64,000 bases of DNA from Eledone cirrhosa (GCA_964016885.1 OZ024743.1:191146001-191210000); one strand, 5' to 3'; shown: positions 39,849-57,998, counted from the stretch's first letter. Numbers and translations are program-made. The notes: generated from the letters alone by a model not told the origin.

Positions 39849-40666
39849 TTTTGTTTTTGTTTCTGATATTTTTATTAATATATTGAAATCTGTTCTCTAT
39901 TTCTGCTTGATAGATAATCATGTAGAGTAAAGACATGAATAGTATTGTTAAAATTAATATTGACTCTATATATATGTGTATATATACACATATATGTATA
40001 CTTATTTTTATAGCACAATGAGAATGTTCTCCGTGTGAAATAGGGGTTTGCAGAGCTGATCACGTATATTCACATCGATGTTTATAATTATCATATAAAC
40101 ATATGAGTTTTTAAAACTAGACATAAGATCGTTACTTTTCACACATTTTAGATACGTGTCTCATTCAGGAATACTGATATTTACATTAACTAATATCTCT
40201 ACATTAAAACGTAGGGTTTTTAAATTCTGCCTCGCCTATGTCTGGTTACTTTTCATTTTTTCTCTATATATAACGGCTGGTTTCTTTCCTAACCACATAT
40301 ATCTCCCTTACATTAATACTAGAGCTAAATAAATAAATAAATAAATAAATGTATCATTGATACGTCATGCAACTACCTACTTTTCTCTATATATATCTAT
40401 CGCTATCTATTTCCTCTCTCTATATATCTCTCTCTGTTTCTTTACATGAAGTTCTTCTCTTTATCTATCTTTCCATCTCTCTATTTTGTTGCATGCATTT
40501 CTTCTTTTTTCTTTTTTCTTCCTTTTCTTCGTTTTCTTTCTTTCTTTCCTTCTTTCTTTCTTTCTTTCTGTTTACAATTTTTCACTGCCAAATCAACTTT
40601 TTCAAATACAAGTCGATGTTGAACGGTATGTCAAATCTATTTATCTATAAAACTGTCTATATTGTA

Positions 40667-40728
40667 TTTTGTCTGAAGAAGGCATAACATATTATTAATA
40701 TGATATCCCTGAAATATATATAATGAAA
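40667..40728 (+). ncRNA. Type I hammerhead, right arm
   Basis: ttttgt-CTGAAGA-aggcataacatatt/aatatgatatccct-GAAA-tatata-TA-atgaaa, followed by AATAAA; AUA triplet. Confidence 0.7.
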
Positions 40729-40770
40729 TAAAAATGGTTTTATAAATATAGTTTCCATTTATTTAATATC

Positions 40771-40812
<42 letters not shown>

Positions 40813-40908
40813 TGAAGTTTCCGTTGGAAATTGAAAAAGTCATAGGAGTGAAGAGTTCTCTATATAAGTAACAGAGCTAAATTTAATGTATAATAAACAA
40901 TACAATAT

Positions 40909-40986
40909 AATTACTTCATTATCAGAGGTTTCCCGAAAAAGACGAATACAAGAAACGTCCTCACTCGTTCGTCGGACAGGGCAATT
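40909..40986 (-). ncRNA. Variant hammerhead (CCGACGA core), inverted pLTR copy
   Basis: Mirror copy of 43471-43548, with a substitution near the cleavage triplet. Confidence 0.65.
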
Positions 40987-43470
40987 TAAAACATATGGGT
41001 TTTTTGACAGTGCTGACGTGTGTGATTTAGTCGGCCTATTCCTCCTACACACACTTAAAGAGAAATTCCCTAACCATACCTTTGGGTTTTATCGCGACGA
41101 TGGTCTAATACTTTCCCATACCACCATTGGCCATAACTTAGATAGAATAAGGGAAGACTTAATAAAAACCTTCGCAAGTTTTAATCTTAAAATTACCATT
41201 GACACTAAACCTTCCAATGTTAATTTTTTAGATATAAAACTAGATCTGCCTACTGCTTCTTATAAACCGTACCATAAACCTAATGAAAATTTAAAATATA
41301 TAAATAAAGGCTCTTGCCATCCTCCTATAGTTTTTAAAAATATTATCCCTAATATTAGTCGTAGGATCTCCACCCTCTCTTCCACAGGAGCTATTTTCAA
41401 TAAAGCATCCCCCTACTATAATAAAGCCCTTCAAAATAGCGGATTTAGCGAACTGATTAAGTACATACCCAATAATACTAACTCCTTTAAACATAATAAT
41501 AGGAAAAGAAATATATTCTGGTTCACATCCCCTACTCTTTAGCAGTTAAAACTAATGTAGGCAAAAAATTCCTAGAGCTCTTTGATAAACATTTCCTTAG
41601 AACACATAGATACTATAAGATCTTCAATAGAAACTGTGTCAAAATCAGCTACTCCTATGGTCCCCCTATTAAATCTTATATCCTCAATAAGAAAATACCC
41701 AGAGAACATCAAAATTGCTCCTGTAGAGTCAAAAGTGAATGCCCATTACAAGGGAAATGCAACACCAAAGCCATTGTATATGCGGCTAAAGTGACAAGCA
41801 CCAGCAACAACCCACCAGCCACCAGTGAACGATATGTGGGTATGACACAAGACAAATTCAAAACGCGTTATTACTCACATGTCGTATCTTTCCGACAACC
41901 TGAAAAAAGATTTACAACAGCTCTGGCTAGCAGAATATGGGATTTGAAAGACTAAGGTATCCAATATAAATTAGATTGATCAATTTTGAACAAATCTAAA
42001 GAATATGCAAGAGGAATAAGAAGATGCGCACTCTGCATAAGTGAAAAATATTGGATTTTACAGAACCTTAAATCACCAAAAACCTGCCTAAATGCAAAAC
42101 CAGAAATTTTCACCAGTTGCCCACACATGAAATCACACTTGCTTTCCAGCTCATATAAACTTAACTCACTTTCAGATACTTATCCTCCATAAACTATTGT
42201 TCTTCACTTTCCTTAAATTACCCTCTTTACAGACTTCTATTTCTGATTTACTTTTACTTTTATTTTTAACTTTATTTTTACTTCGCATCCACCAGTGACC
42301 CCCACCCCCATGTTTTTGTATTCACTTACATTGTATCTTCACAATTCCACACATTTTACTTCCCCATTTACTTTCTCTACCTCATATAGCATGTCACTTT
42401 CGTTTTCAACTCCAGATATATTCTGTTGTCTCTCAGCCGCTCTTATGTATGTTTACTTGCGTATAATTTGTACTCATTTATTCATACGGCTGGTTTTTAA
42501 TTTGAATCTATGCGTGTGACCGTGTATGTGTGTGTATGCGTGTTTGTATATGTATACGATTGCATTCGTATGTGCGCGTGTGTGTGTATATGTGTGTTTG
42601 TATGTGTGTTTTTCTATCTATGTTTTTTACATACTTATATATACGTGTGTGTGTTTGTGTGTATATATATGTATATATATATATATGTATGTGTTTGTAT
42701 GTGTGTATATATATATATATGTATGGTCGTGTGCGTACGTGTGATTAGATATATATGTGCCCATATATATATATGTGCTTCGTGTGTATGTATGCGCGCC
42801 TTTGTATATATGTACGCATGTATGTGCTTTTGTCTGTACGTATTTATATATATATTTATATATATATATATATGTGTACCTACGAACCTATGTTTGTTAT
42901 CTATATTGTCTAGTGTTACTTTATAATTGATAACCCCCCCCCTTACTTTATCTTTGATTTAAAATTTATTTATTCTCATATATTTTTTCTTTTTTATATA
43001 TGTATCGACCTTCATACTAACACTGCTTTGACTGATACACTCCCTTCCCTGTATATATATATCTCGCATGTATGAGGTTGCGCGTGTGTGTGTGTTTATA
43101 CGCGTTCTTTCATACTTGTGTGTGTATATACTTCAATCTTTAATACCTGAGTCTGGATGTACGTTAACTCTATTGTCTTACAATTTCTTTTTCAACATAT
43201 ATTATATATATATTTGTGGTCACACATACACTGATATGCTTGCCCTCATATATATAGTTACGCACACATTTTTCACTATACACATGCATTTGTACATACA
43301 CATATATGTACATTTCTGACTGAATATACACACATTTATACACATACACTAACTATATTTCCTTATTTTATTTTTATATATCTCTTGCATTACTTTTACT
43401 TATATATGTTTTTTGCCCGTTAAACTTTGCCTTTCTTGAGGAGATTTTTCAAATATTCAACTATGTTTTA

Positions 43471-43548
43471 AATTGCCTTGTCCGACGAACGAGTGAGGAC
43501 GTTTCTTGTATTCGTCTTATTCGGGAAACCTCTGGTAATGAGGTAATT
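43471..43548 (+). ncRNA. Variant hammerhead (CCGACGA core)
   Basis: aattgccttgt-CCGACGA-a-cgagtgaggacg/cgtcttattcg-g-GAAA-cctctgg-TA-atgaggtaatt; 11-bp stem I. Confidence 0.75.
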
Positions 43549-43569
43549 ATATTGTATTGTTTATTATAC

Positions 43570-43629
<60 letters not shown>

Positions 43630-43636
<7 letters not shown>

Positions 43637-44272
43637 TTGTAGTTCCTGTCTGTTTGTTTGTTTGTTTGTTCACGAACTACTCCTATGGTTTTGGAGATAG
43701 ACCCCATAACTATATATATTCTGAAACTACATTGCCCAGGGTACTCGGATAAGTATATTTCATTTTAACAAAGGGTTCCCCGAGGGCAAAACCCCCCGCT
43801 GAAAAGGTTTTCCCTTCGATTTATAGGAAATTTAAACCATGGGTAACGGACAAGATTTGATGCCAATTCACAGAATTTCAGCAAATATCAATAATGTTAA
43901 GACCCACTAATGGTGGATAAACCCTCTATTACCGTTCCCTGGTGGCAAAAGCCCCGATGAAAATGTTTTCCCTTCGATTCATATGAAAGTTAAACCATAG
44001 GTAAATGACAAGGTATGATGCCTATTCACAAAAGTTTTGAATTGATATTTTGAAAAAAATTATTTACAAGAAACAAAATAAGAATAAGATTTAATAATGT
44101 AATTTTGATTTGATATATTACAAAAAATAATGTTTTTCAACTTTTCATGCATTATATTTTACATTCAGAAATATTGAAATGCAGAGGTTTTTCCATAAAT
44201 TGCATCACTGATATAAAATAAATCATCATTTTCTTACAAAAGAATGTGTGAAACGCAGCAAGGCGCGTGTAG

Positions 44273-44282
<10 letters not shown>
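43630..44282 (+). mobile_element. Non-autonomous Helitron
   Basis: 5' tatataaa..gtctgtttgtttg, internal ~95-bp duplication, 3' GC-rich gcaaggcgcgtgtagttcggCTAGt. Confidence 0.7.
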
Positions 44283-45741
<1,459 letters not shown>

Positions 45742-45745
45742 TTAT

Positions 45746-45787
<42 letters not shown>

Positions 45788-45801
45788 CATATTTATATTC
45801 T

Positions 45802-45865
<64 letters not shown>

Positions 45866-46145
45866 TAAACTTGTCTGCTACCAGACGTCTTACTATATAT
45901 CTCAATTACCAACATGAGCACTAATTATATGCAAATTACTACGCACTTTCCAGAATAGTACGAAGAAACGAAGAACGAATGCGTATATATACTCATTAAA
46001 TACATCTTTTCTTGTGCTTGATCAGATGATAGAAATGTCTTCCGATGAGAGTCCAGTTTGATAAAAAAATCGATTAAAAATGTTTATAATTTTCTCAATG
46101 TACGGAGAAAAGTTTTGACAAGTTTACAGGCCTATATATTAGATA

Positions 46146-46300
46146 TGTCAGGTCACTCTTGAGTGCTACTGGTACCATGTAAACCACTACAATCTGTTGC
46201 ATAGTTGGGTCGTCGGCGACTAAACTGGCAACCCCACAAAGTTTACTTGGTGAGGAGGGGGATTTTGGGCACCCAGCTGGACAAATCAAAGAGTCAACGG
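46146..46300 (+). mobile_element. Solo diverged copy of the RTE-derivative 5' module
   Basis: gtcaggtcac..gggtcgtcggcgactaaactggcaacccc..ttggtgaggaggg matches 6420-6540 and 7310-7433. Confidence 0.75.
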
Positions 46301-46374
46301 CCATCCAAAAATGTGTAAATATGTATATACACATGTACATATGTATGTGTATGTATATTCGTGTGTATATGCCT

Positions 46375-46970
46375 GGGGTTTCAGGGAGGGGCATGTACAT
46401 CTGTAGAGGTGACTAGACATGCCCTTTTGGGGACAGTTCGTCCTGCATCGGGTCCCACTTGACACTCAGCTCTCACCTGTGGCCCCAAGAAGTTGTAGTA
46501 TGAGACAGCCGCCCCACCCCGGTAAACCACTTTGGCTGGCAGGCCGAACCAGGTTGGGGGTAGTCGGACGGGTCTGAAACCCCCCGGTGAGATAGATAGG
46601 GGATGCCTACCCCTGCATGCAAAGACTGGACCCGGCTGAGTGAGTGGGGAAGGACAACTCGTCCCAACGGTCACGAAGGCGGCGACAACAAGCGGTGTGG
46701 AGCGCTAGAGCACGGCAAGGCCCTGAAGACGTCGTGGCCATCCACTGCAGCTAAGGAAATCCCTGGTCGTGTGGTCCTCCGTACCACTTGATTCTGGCTT
46801 CTGCAACCGAGTGAGTGAGACCCTCACTGTGCACTGGCCCTCCCACTATAAACCTTTCCCGCGCAGGTTTCTTCTTTAGCGTGCACTCCCAAAGCCCTCT
46901 GGCGATGCCCGGACCTGCAAGTCAAGGATCGGCATCCACAGCCACCTTCGCGCCCACGGCAGACGGGAAC
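46375..46970 (+). mobile_element. GC-rich RTE-like 5' UTR beginning with a candidate HDV-like ribozyme
   Basis: Nested pseudoknot at 46375-46560. gtgcactggccctcccactataaacc..gcgcagg resembles the RTE UTR at 19190-19230 (-). Confidence 0.55.
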
Positions 46971-47089
46971 AAAAATGAAGAAGATGTCATCATCGTTTAC
47001 GATGGACAACCAAGATATTAGATATGTGTCTGCATGTATACATGTTGGTGCAGTCTCGTTTACACACTTAGTATTTATACAGATATAAC

Positions 47090-47205
<116 letters not shown>

Positions 47206-47889
47206 CTAGTTTTAATATAGGACCCTATTAATGGAGACAGTAATGTAATCAAAGTATAACTTATCCTCCATTTCCGTACGAAACGATGCCATGGCAATTG
47301 TAACATGACTTTACGTCATTTTAGTAATTTGGAATACAATTACAATTATTGACAATATATTTCAAATTATCCATGTTAGTACTGTAAATAACATTTGACA
47401 GATCCTCAATTAAAACGAATGGTCTAATGTTGCTCTCACCATTTCCCTTCACCCTGACTTTTAAAGAAGGATATTGATCAGTTTACATGTCAACAGTAAA
47501 GTGATCTATATAAAAGGCATATTATGAACTTGGCATCAGATTTTATTTTCCTAATATTGAATCCAGAAATCACTCGAGTATAATCGTATTCAGGACTTCT
47601 TCGCCAACTAACAGTAGTCTTAAAATCAAAGCAACGCGTCTCTTTTATTCTTTTAATGGTCAAGATGCTAGCATCTTTCTGATTTTAACGTTTATATTCT
47701 ACTTCCTCCGCACTGTTTGAAACGTGGACTGAGAATCATTGAAAATATTTCATCGCTACGGGCTTTACAATGTCGTGTTGTATACTATTCCCCAATGTCC
47801 GTGCATTGCACACTTATTCTTTTATGTCAAAGATCTGCTATCATATGTAAAATAGATCCGGCTAACCACTGAATCAATAATGAAAATTA

Positions 47890-48145
47890 AATCTCCACCT
47901 TCTACTAGAAAGGAAACGAGGAAAATCCTTCACTGACTGGTAGATATAGCAAAAGTAGATATAGCAAAAGAGTATAGTTGACAAGTCTCAAAGGATTGAG
48001 GACACGGTCAAGCACTCATCAATTTCTTCAAATATTCCTTGAAGAGGAAGGTGAGGGGTTGATAGAGAGATGTTGTGGTAGAGAAAAGATCCGGAAGAGT
48101 GGTGAGATTGTCAAGACTGAATGGACTTACTTTGATTATGCTTTT
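47890..48145 (+). mobile_element. Eroded Tx1 3' remnant
   Basis: GQALINFFKYSLKRKVR matches GQQLIPFFKYHFRRKVK at 52855-53076. Confidence 0.65.
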
Positions 48146-48667
48146 CTTAGTTAACATTTGTCACGTTTTTCATAGTTGTCACTGCTATGTGGTACACCTG
48201 CTTTATCGGAATCCTTCTTCTCAGTTTGGTTGTTACTGTCGTCAAATCAACAATTACAAATGGTATCATCCTCCTTATAATCATCATTATTATTAATATT
48301 ATTAAGATTGACGTGTCGATACGCATGGATACGCGTGACAACTTGACTGGGATGGCGATAATAGCCGCTATATTATAGGAAGCTCCCGTTGTTATCTGAC
48401 TGAAAACAGCAAACAAGCGAATACATTAAAATCCCACTATGATAGAATTGGTGGTAACATATAAGAAGCAATCGGGATAGTATTCAACCACTCTCATGCC
48501 AAAACAATAACATCAATAATAAAATAGCGTATAATTAAAACAATAACATCAATAGTAAAACATATATGGTAAATAGAAGTTACAGATGTAAAAAAGTAAA
48601 ATATAAGATAGGGTACATTAAAAAATAATAATAATAAGAAGAAGAAAATGAGGAAATGAAGAATACA

Positions 48668-48716
<49 letters not shown>

Positions 48717-49120
48717 GTGAGAGAGTGTACGTACAATTAGATTTTAGTAATCTTTGAGGAAGTGTTTTTTGGTGCTAACATGAGAAACCAGATTTGAGAT
48801 GTAGATAAATTTGTGTGGAGGGTCCGATAAAGGAAAGACAATAAACTAGAGATTAATTGATGTATGATATTTATGGGCTGGCAGGGTGTTTGATAAACGC
48901 TTATTGTTGATGTTTTGCTGGTTGTTCTACCTTAATGAGGTTGATGGAGAGAGAGTGGAAGAAATGTACAGAGATTTATGGTCCAGTGATCAGTTGGCAG
49001 TTTGATAGCTAATAGTGGTGCGATAGTGTGTATTCTATATGTTAAAATCTAGGTGGTTCAGTACTAATTTTGGAATTGCTGGTTCAAATCATGGTGGTTT
49101 GAAGTTCGCAAATCTAGTAG

Positions 49121-49840
49121 CTATTTCATGCCTACAGAAAATGGATTTTCTATTTTGTTGTTAAGCAGCATCCTATCGTGCCTTAAAATATGTAGCACTT
49201 CTAAATTGCAGAGCCTGCAGTGGGACATACCGTTGCTGTAGGCTTTTGCTGTCGTTAATTTCGACCAGCTAATCTTATATTCTAGGTTTTTGCCCTTAAG
49301 CTGCCAGATTTTATTTGCGAGCGTTGTAGAGTTCTCCAGTGTGTGGTTCTTCATGGAGTGTCTGTGTACGTACCACATTTTCTTAAACTCCCCAGCTGTG
49401 GAACCTATGTAGTGCCAAGTAGAGTTGCCTGAATTCACAGTACACAGGTATATCATGCTCGAATCCAGGAATCTATTCTGTAGTGGGCACTTATCAGGTA
49501 GGTGGCAATTACAATTTGAGGTTTTATTTTGTGCAGGTTTGTCGTTGCGTTTTTGTAAGTTGTTGTGGGTGGGTTGTGATTTAGGCCTATTAATGTTTTG
49601 TTGTGATGCGTTCTGATGCATTTGTAGTTGTGATGTTGTTATGTGTTTGTTTTTTGTATTTGGTGCTATGGTGTGCGTTGGTAGGTTAATGTCTTTAGAG
49701 ATATTTTTGTGGTTGATCTTGTGTATGTGCGATTCTATGTTGGCTGCAGTAGTGTATGAAAGTTGTATAGTTTTTCTATTGAAGATTTTATGGTATTTAT
49801 GTAGTGTAGGGAAGTGTTTATCTATTAGTTTAAAGAATGT
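49121..49840 (-). mobile_element. Naiad-clade Penelope-like GIY-YIG fragment
   Basis: KLIDKHFP..HKIFNRKTIQLSY, NCNC..CPLQ, MIY..YIGST, CRLCNLE. Confidence 0.9.
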
Positions 49841-51233
49841 AGAAGATAGTTTAGATATTATTCTTGTTATTAATTATCTTAAAATAGTAAGAATTCATTA
49901 CTAGTTTTTTGCTTCACTTATTGAAAAGACGAAAAATGTATAAACATATTTCAAATATATTGTATTTGTTCTTGTATGTTTTTATTTCATTTATTTATCC
50001 TTTATTTCATTTATTATAATTTTATAGGAAAACGTTTATTAAATATAATTTATTTTACAGTTTCTAATTGTGAAAATGATTTGTGCATGTATCACTCCAT
50101 GACTTCAGGACATAAACTTGATTGTTTTCTATTGTTAAACAAAATGTAAAACAGACATAAATAATATTAGGTGTGAATATATAAATAATTTTCAGCTTAG
50201 CGGGTGGCAAATTTTGATTTTACTTAACTTTGATTATTACTCAGATTTCAAATTTCTTGCAGAAGATGTAACGAAAATCATAATTACTTTAGACAGCGAG
50301 ACAAAATTGAAAATGTTATTTTCATGTGCTAAAAAAGTACGTCGTGTCTTATCAATTTTCAAATACATATAGAACAAAATCATTTTTCTAGTTATGTTTT
50401 TCAGTCAATGTATGTGTCTGAATGAACGAATGAATATATATAATATTTACATTCATGTCTGTGTTTATATGCATATATATGTGTAATGGTGTAAATACAC
50501 AGGCACAAGAACACACACACACATTCATACACACATGCATACCCGCACACAATTTTCTTACCCGAAGTGCTCATCATTAACTACAGGCTGTCGGGCAATT
50601 TGTGTATATTTTCATATATATATTAGAATATATTTAAGATAAGCTAGTATTTAAAGCATTGAAATATTAAATGAATGAGGACTCAATACTAGAGAGTAAA
50701 GTGTAGAGATTTATTTTCTCAGTAGAAAAGTAGAAAAGTGTGGTTGTTTTATATATATCAACTTCAGTTTTTCCCCTAAACAACATCGATAGCCTGCAGA
50801 GTTGAATTACTTGAGTGGACAAATAATATTTTCCACAAAAAATCCATCCCCACACCGGATAAAAACCTTTCAGGTGTAAATGCATTCTCAACCTAAAGGT
50901 TCAAGCCATCAGCTTTTACATAGCCTATCCTGAATAAGGCTATGTTTGAAGAGGAAAAGGAAAAGTGAGAAGGACCACTTAGCTTTTTTATGAGGAAAAA
51001 GGACGGTTGATTTGTCTTTCCAGCTAATTTTGGGCACTTCCACAACAATATCGTTGTATTTTTTTTGTTTAATGACTCTAGAATATTTTCAATTTCTTCG
51101 TGGTTTTCGATCTTATGTTGCTGTACCACAAATTTTGACGGTGAAGTCAGAGTTTTTTTCATGTTCTGTCTATATGTATATATATATATATATATGTTTA
51201 TGTATATATATATATAAGTTTATATATATATAG

Positions 51234-51264
<31 letters not shown>

Positions 51265-51546
51265 GCGGGGGGGGGGGGGGTAGAGAGAGAGAGACAGGGA
51301 CTGAGAGACAGAGACAGAGAGAGGAAAAGAGAGAGGGAAGAGAGAGAGAGGTGTGGGTATGTGCATTTGTGTGTATTCGATCAACCAGAAAATGACAAAT
51401 TTGAATGAAGAACTGAAAAGGAGTTTATAACAGAACATAATAACATTTATTCATGTATTCAGCTGATAAGAGCGATTTATCTCGCAACTGATGACTTTAA
51501 GTGTTATGAAAGCTGAAATTATCAATATATATAGTAACGTATGTAT

Positions 51547-51638
51547 TAAAAGTAACAGCGGTCGCGTAAAAGTGTTTACAACGCGTGATGAATAAAAGTA
51601 ACAGCGGTCGCGTAAAAGTGTTTACAACGCGTGATGAA
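51547..51638 (+). repeat. Perfect 46-bp tandem duplication
   Basis: taaaagtaacagcggtcgcgtaaaagtgtttacaacgcgtgatgaa, twice. Confidence 0.95.
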
Positions 51639-52319
51639 TGAAAATATAGGTGAAGCCATAATTTGGGGGTGAAATGCAATAAGAATATCTTAGTTTTATG
51701 GCTATAATTAATATTTACGTTTGTAATTACTATTTATGGTTGAAATTAATAATAAACACTAAACTAGAAATCCTGGGTACCAGATAAAATTTTAAATATG
51801 TTTTAATGTATTTCAGAATTAAATAAAATAATCCCATGATATATTAACAAATATCTTAATTTAAAACGTAGGCGGGTATTTCTATTTACTCTAGGGTAAT
51901 AGCGACTCAAACTTTTGTTTGTATATGTGGCTATATTTCAAGTTATGAAATGAAATGTAGATATTTAAGTATGTTAGTTAAATGAGTCAGAGAACATTAA
52001 ATATATTAATGTAGTAAAACAAGAATTGTGTCATAAATAATGATGCAGGGCATTAAGATTTTAACGAGGACGTTTACATCTGTACGAGAATTTTACGCCA
52101 TCTATACCCGTGTGAAATTATTAAGAAATGGAAATAATTCCCCAGTATAGGTTTCAGCAGATACATAATTTACTGAGGATTATCATCTACCATAAATTGT
52201 CTCAATCTCTTTTATATACCTCTCTACTCATCCTCTCTGCATCCTACAATCTCTATCCTTCTCTTTTTAAATTGACATTACATACATATATATATATCAA
52301 AGGTATATATTGATTTAGA

Positions 52320-52367
<48 letters not shown>

Positions 52368-52540
52368 TTTTTAATGCTAGACCCTACTGCATATGCGATC
52401 ATTTTTTTCACATGATCTTTATTCTTGGGTGTCCGTATGGCTTTGGTCCATCCATTCCATCTTCAAGCGGGAGTCTTTTTAGCCATTGATGTTAATGAGA
52501 AAATGTACACCCGGGATGAGGGAACAGCCATTGGCATTAG

Positions 52541-52605
<65 letters not shown>
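52541..52605. repeat. (GATA)n microsatellite at the Tx1 3' end (second tract at 55377-55432)
   Basis: Direct reading. Confidence 0.97.
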
Positions 52606-55432
<2,827 letters not shown>

Positions 55433-55471
55433 GAGATAGTTGCTTAGTGTTTGCGGTCACGAAAATAAGTG

Positions 55472-55579
<108 letters not shown>

Positions 55580-55721
55580 TTAGGTTAATAGGAGTTAGGT
55601 ATTGTATACCCGTGTCCCATTAAGGTATTGGCAGCATAATAATTAGCTCTATGCTTTGGAGCAGAGCCGTATATATGATAAAGAACACAAGAGCGTCTAC
55701 AACATCAAAAGATTTTTATTG

Positions 55722-55766
55722 GCTTACAATGTTTCTTCCTTACGTTACCGTACGATTCGTCAGAGC
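55722..55766 (-). ncRNA. Minimal hammerhead, left arm
   Basis: gct-CTGACGA-a-tcgtacg(gtaa)cgtaagga-a-GAAA-cattg-TA-agc, then AATAAA. Confidence 0.78.
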
Positions 55767-56019
55767 TATAAAAGGGGTTTGATTGGTGTTATGGACTCTA
55801 CCAACCAAACATTCAAGAACAAAGAGTAAAGATAGTAAAGAGCAAAAGTAGGGGACGATAAGTCTAATTTTGGTGCGGGAGGGTGGGGTGTGGGTCCTTG
55901 TTTACTAGCTGCGGTCATATTCATTCCCGGGAGTCGAATGGTTAGCTGAACCATAGATGGGGTGGCGTCGATAGTATGGTGCAGAGGGTGTGCAGAGGCC
56001 ACACAGACACAACGGGCAT

Positions 56020-56054
<35 letters not shown>

Positions 56055-57066
56055 CGGAGGAGAAAGTACATGAGGTAATTAGAAATGGAAAAAGAGTATC
56101 TATAATTAATAATGTATAATAAGGCATGGGGAAGATTACACTATAATAAGGTATAAAATTAAGAATAATGTAAAATATAAAGGAGGATAAAAGTGGAAAT
56201 AATAAAGATAAAAAATATATATGTAAAAAAAAATATATAGAGAATATATAAAGAAATATAAGCGAGTATTTGGAGGGGAAAACACAATGTAAAAAAACCG
56301 ATTTTTTCAAATAAAAATAAAAATATTATAATTATGGGGGGAGAAAACGGGATAGAGAAATATTATCAAATGTGATTAGTTGAGAGAATATAAGATGATA
56401 ATATTTATGTCAAGTTTATACATCTTAATAATAATATATTCTCCCAACTAATCACATTTGATCATATTTCTCTATCCCGTTTTCTCCCCCATAATTATAA
56501 TATTTTTATTTTTATTTGAAAAAATCGGTTTTTTTACATTGTGTTTTCCCTTCCAAATACTCGCTTATATTTCTTTATATATTCTCTATATATTTTTTTT
56601 ACATATATATCTTTTATCTTTATTATTTTCACTTTTATCCTCCTTTATATTTTACCTTATTCTTACTTTTATACCTTATTATAGTGTAATCTTCCCCATG
56701 CCTTATTATACATTATTAATTATACATTATTAATTATTACTCTTTTTCCATTTCTAATTACTTCATGTACTTTCTCCTCCGTTATATATATATATATATA
56801 TATTGTATGCCCTTTGTGTCTGTGTGGTGTGTGGCCTCTGCACACCCTCTGCACCATACTATCGACGCCACCCCATCTATGGTTCAGCTAACCACTCGAC
56901 TCCCGGGAATGAATATGACTGCAGCTAGTAAACAAGGACCCACACCCCACCCTCCCGCACCAAAATTAGACTTATCGTCCCCTACTTTTGCTCTTTACTC
57001 TCTTTACTCTTTGTTCTTGAATGTTTGGTTGGTAGAGTCCATAACACCAATCAAACCGCCTTTATA

Positions 57067-57111
57067 GCTCTGACGAATCGTACGGTTACGTAAGGAAGAA
57101 ACATTGTAAGC
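57067..57111 (+). ncRNA. Minimal hammerhead, right arm
   Basis: Mirror copy of 55722-55766. Confidence 0.78.
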
Positions 57112-57208
57112 CAATAAAAATCTGTTGATGTTGTAGACGCTCTTGTGTTCTTTATCATATATATATATATGAATTATAAGAATCAAAGAATTGTTCAAAA
57201 CATTTTTA

Positions 57209-57255
57209 TGCTTACAACTGTTTCCTCCAAACCGAGGTTTGGATTCTTCGGAGCA
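57209..57255 (-). ncRNA. Variant hammerhead (CCGAAGA), left arm
   Basis: Mirror copy of 57999-58045. Confidence 0.78.
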
Positions 57256-57998
57256 ATTTATTTTTGAATGAACACTTATATGACCTCCTTTTAACCCAAG
57301 AGACATACAGATACATATGCAAATATTATGGGTCAACATTCATTACAGCATTTAGAGTGGCAGTACACACTTAGAGATTACATTCATATTAAAAGATACA
57401 ATCAAAAATACAGGTTAAAATACAACATGAAAATAAGCGGTTATATAGTTCAAAGGTTATATGTGTGGCAAGCACGTGCGTCTTGTTTATATAGTGTGGC
57501 AGAGAGTTACGTGTAGTAGAAGCACTTAAGCAGGTAAACAAGGGTTTTAGGTTGGTTGATCTGGTGACAAATTCTTTATATGATTGTTATAGTCTGTGTG
57601 TGGAGAAATAATATAAGCATTACACTATTTTTAATGCTTATATTATTTCTCCACACACAGACTATAACAATCCTATAAAGAATTTGTCACCAGATCAACC
57701 AACCTAACACCCTTGTTTACCTGCTTAAGTGCTTCTACTACACGTAACTCTCTGCCACACTATATAAACAAGACGCACGTGCTTGCCACACATATAACCT
57801 TTGAACTATATAACCGCTTATTTTCATGTTGTATTTTAACCTGTATTTTTTATTGTATCTTTTAATATGAATGTAATCTCTAAGTGTGTACTGCCACTCT
57901 AAATGCTGTAATGAATGTTGACCCACAATATTTGCATATGTATCTGTATGTCTCTTGGGTGAAAAGGAAGTCATATAAGTGTTCATTCAATAATAAAT

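Larger units (their letters stand above)
38230..40773. repeat. Long inverted repeat with ~950-bp arms (38230-39180 and 39840-40773) and terminal hammerheads
   Basis: Mirror-image ORFs at 38381-38632 (-) and 40367-40687 (+). Spacer contains (AAAATA)n. Bounded by (TA)n. Confidence 0.92.
40810..43572 (+). mobile_element. 5'-truncated Naiad-clade Penelope-like element with inverted pseudo-LTR
   Basis: DSADVCDLVGLFLL, FYRDDGL, NFLD, YKPYHKPN, HPP, RNIFWF, NCSC..CPLQGKC, IVY..YVG, CALCISEK. Inverted repeats at 40884-40993 and 43462-43572. (TA)n on both sides. Confidence 0.93.
55671..57162. repeat. Foldback palindrome with ~730-bp arms, centre ~56412
   Basis: Mirror ORFs at 55766-56071 (-) and 56765-57067 (+); HHR plus AATAAA at each outer end. 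Confidence 0.95.

Noticed and set aside
41700-42192. Selenocysteine recoding in the Naiad GIY-YIG domain (in-frame TGA near 41977)
   Set aside because: The TGA falls at a conserved Trp position, a TAA lies nearby, and all Cys-motif codons are TGY. This is decay, not Sec.
46030-46090. ccgatga as a fourth variant hammerhead
   Set aside because: No stem II, GAAA or stem I partner.
50667-51162. Coding-like ORFs on the minus strand
   Set aside because: Stops in all frames and no recognisable family.
51490-51525. ctgatga..gaaagctg hammerhead
   Set aside because: Weak stem II, and no NUH or stem I.
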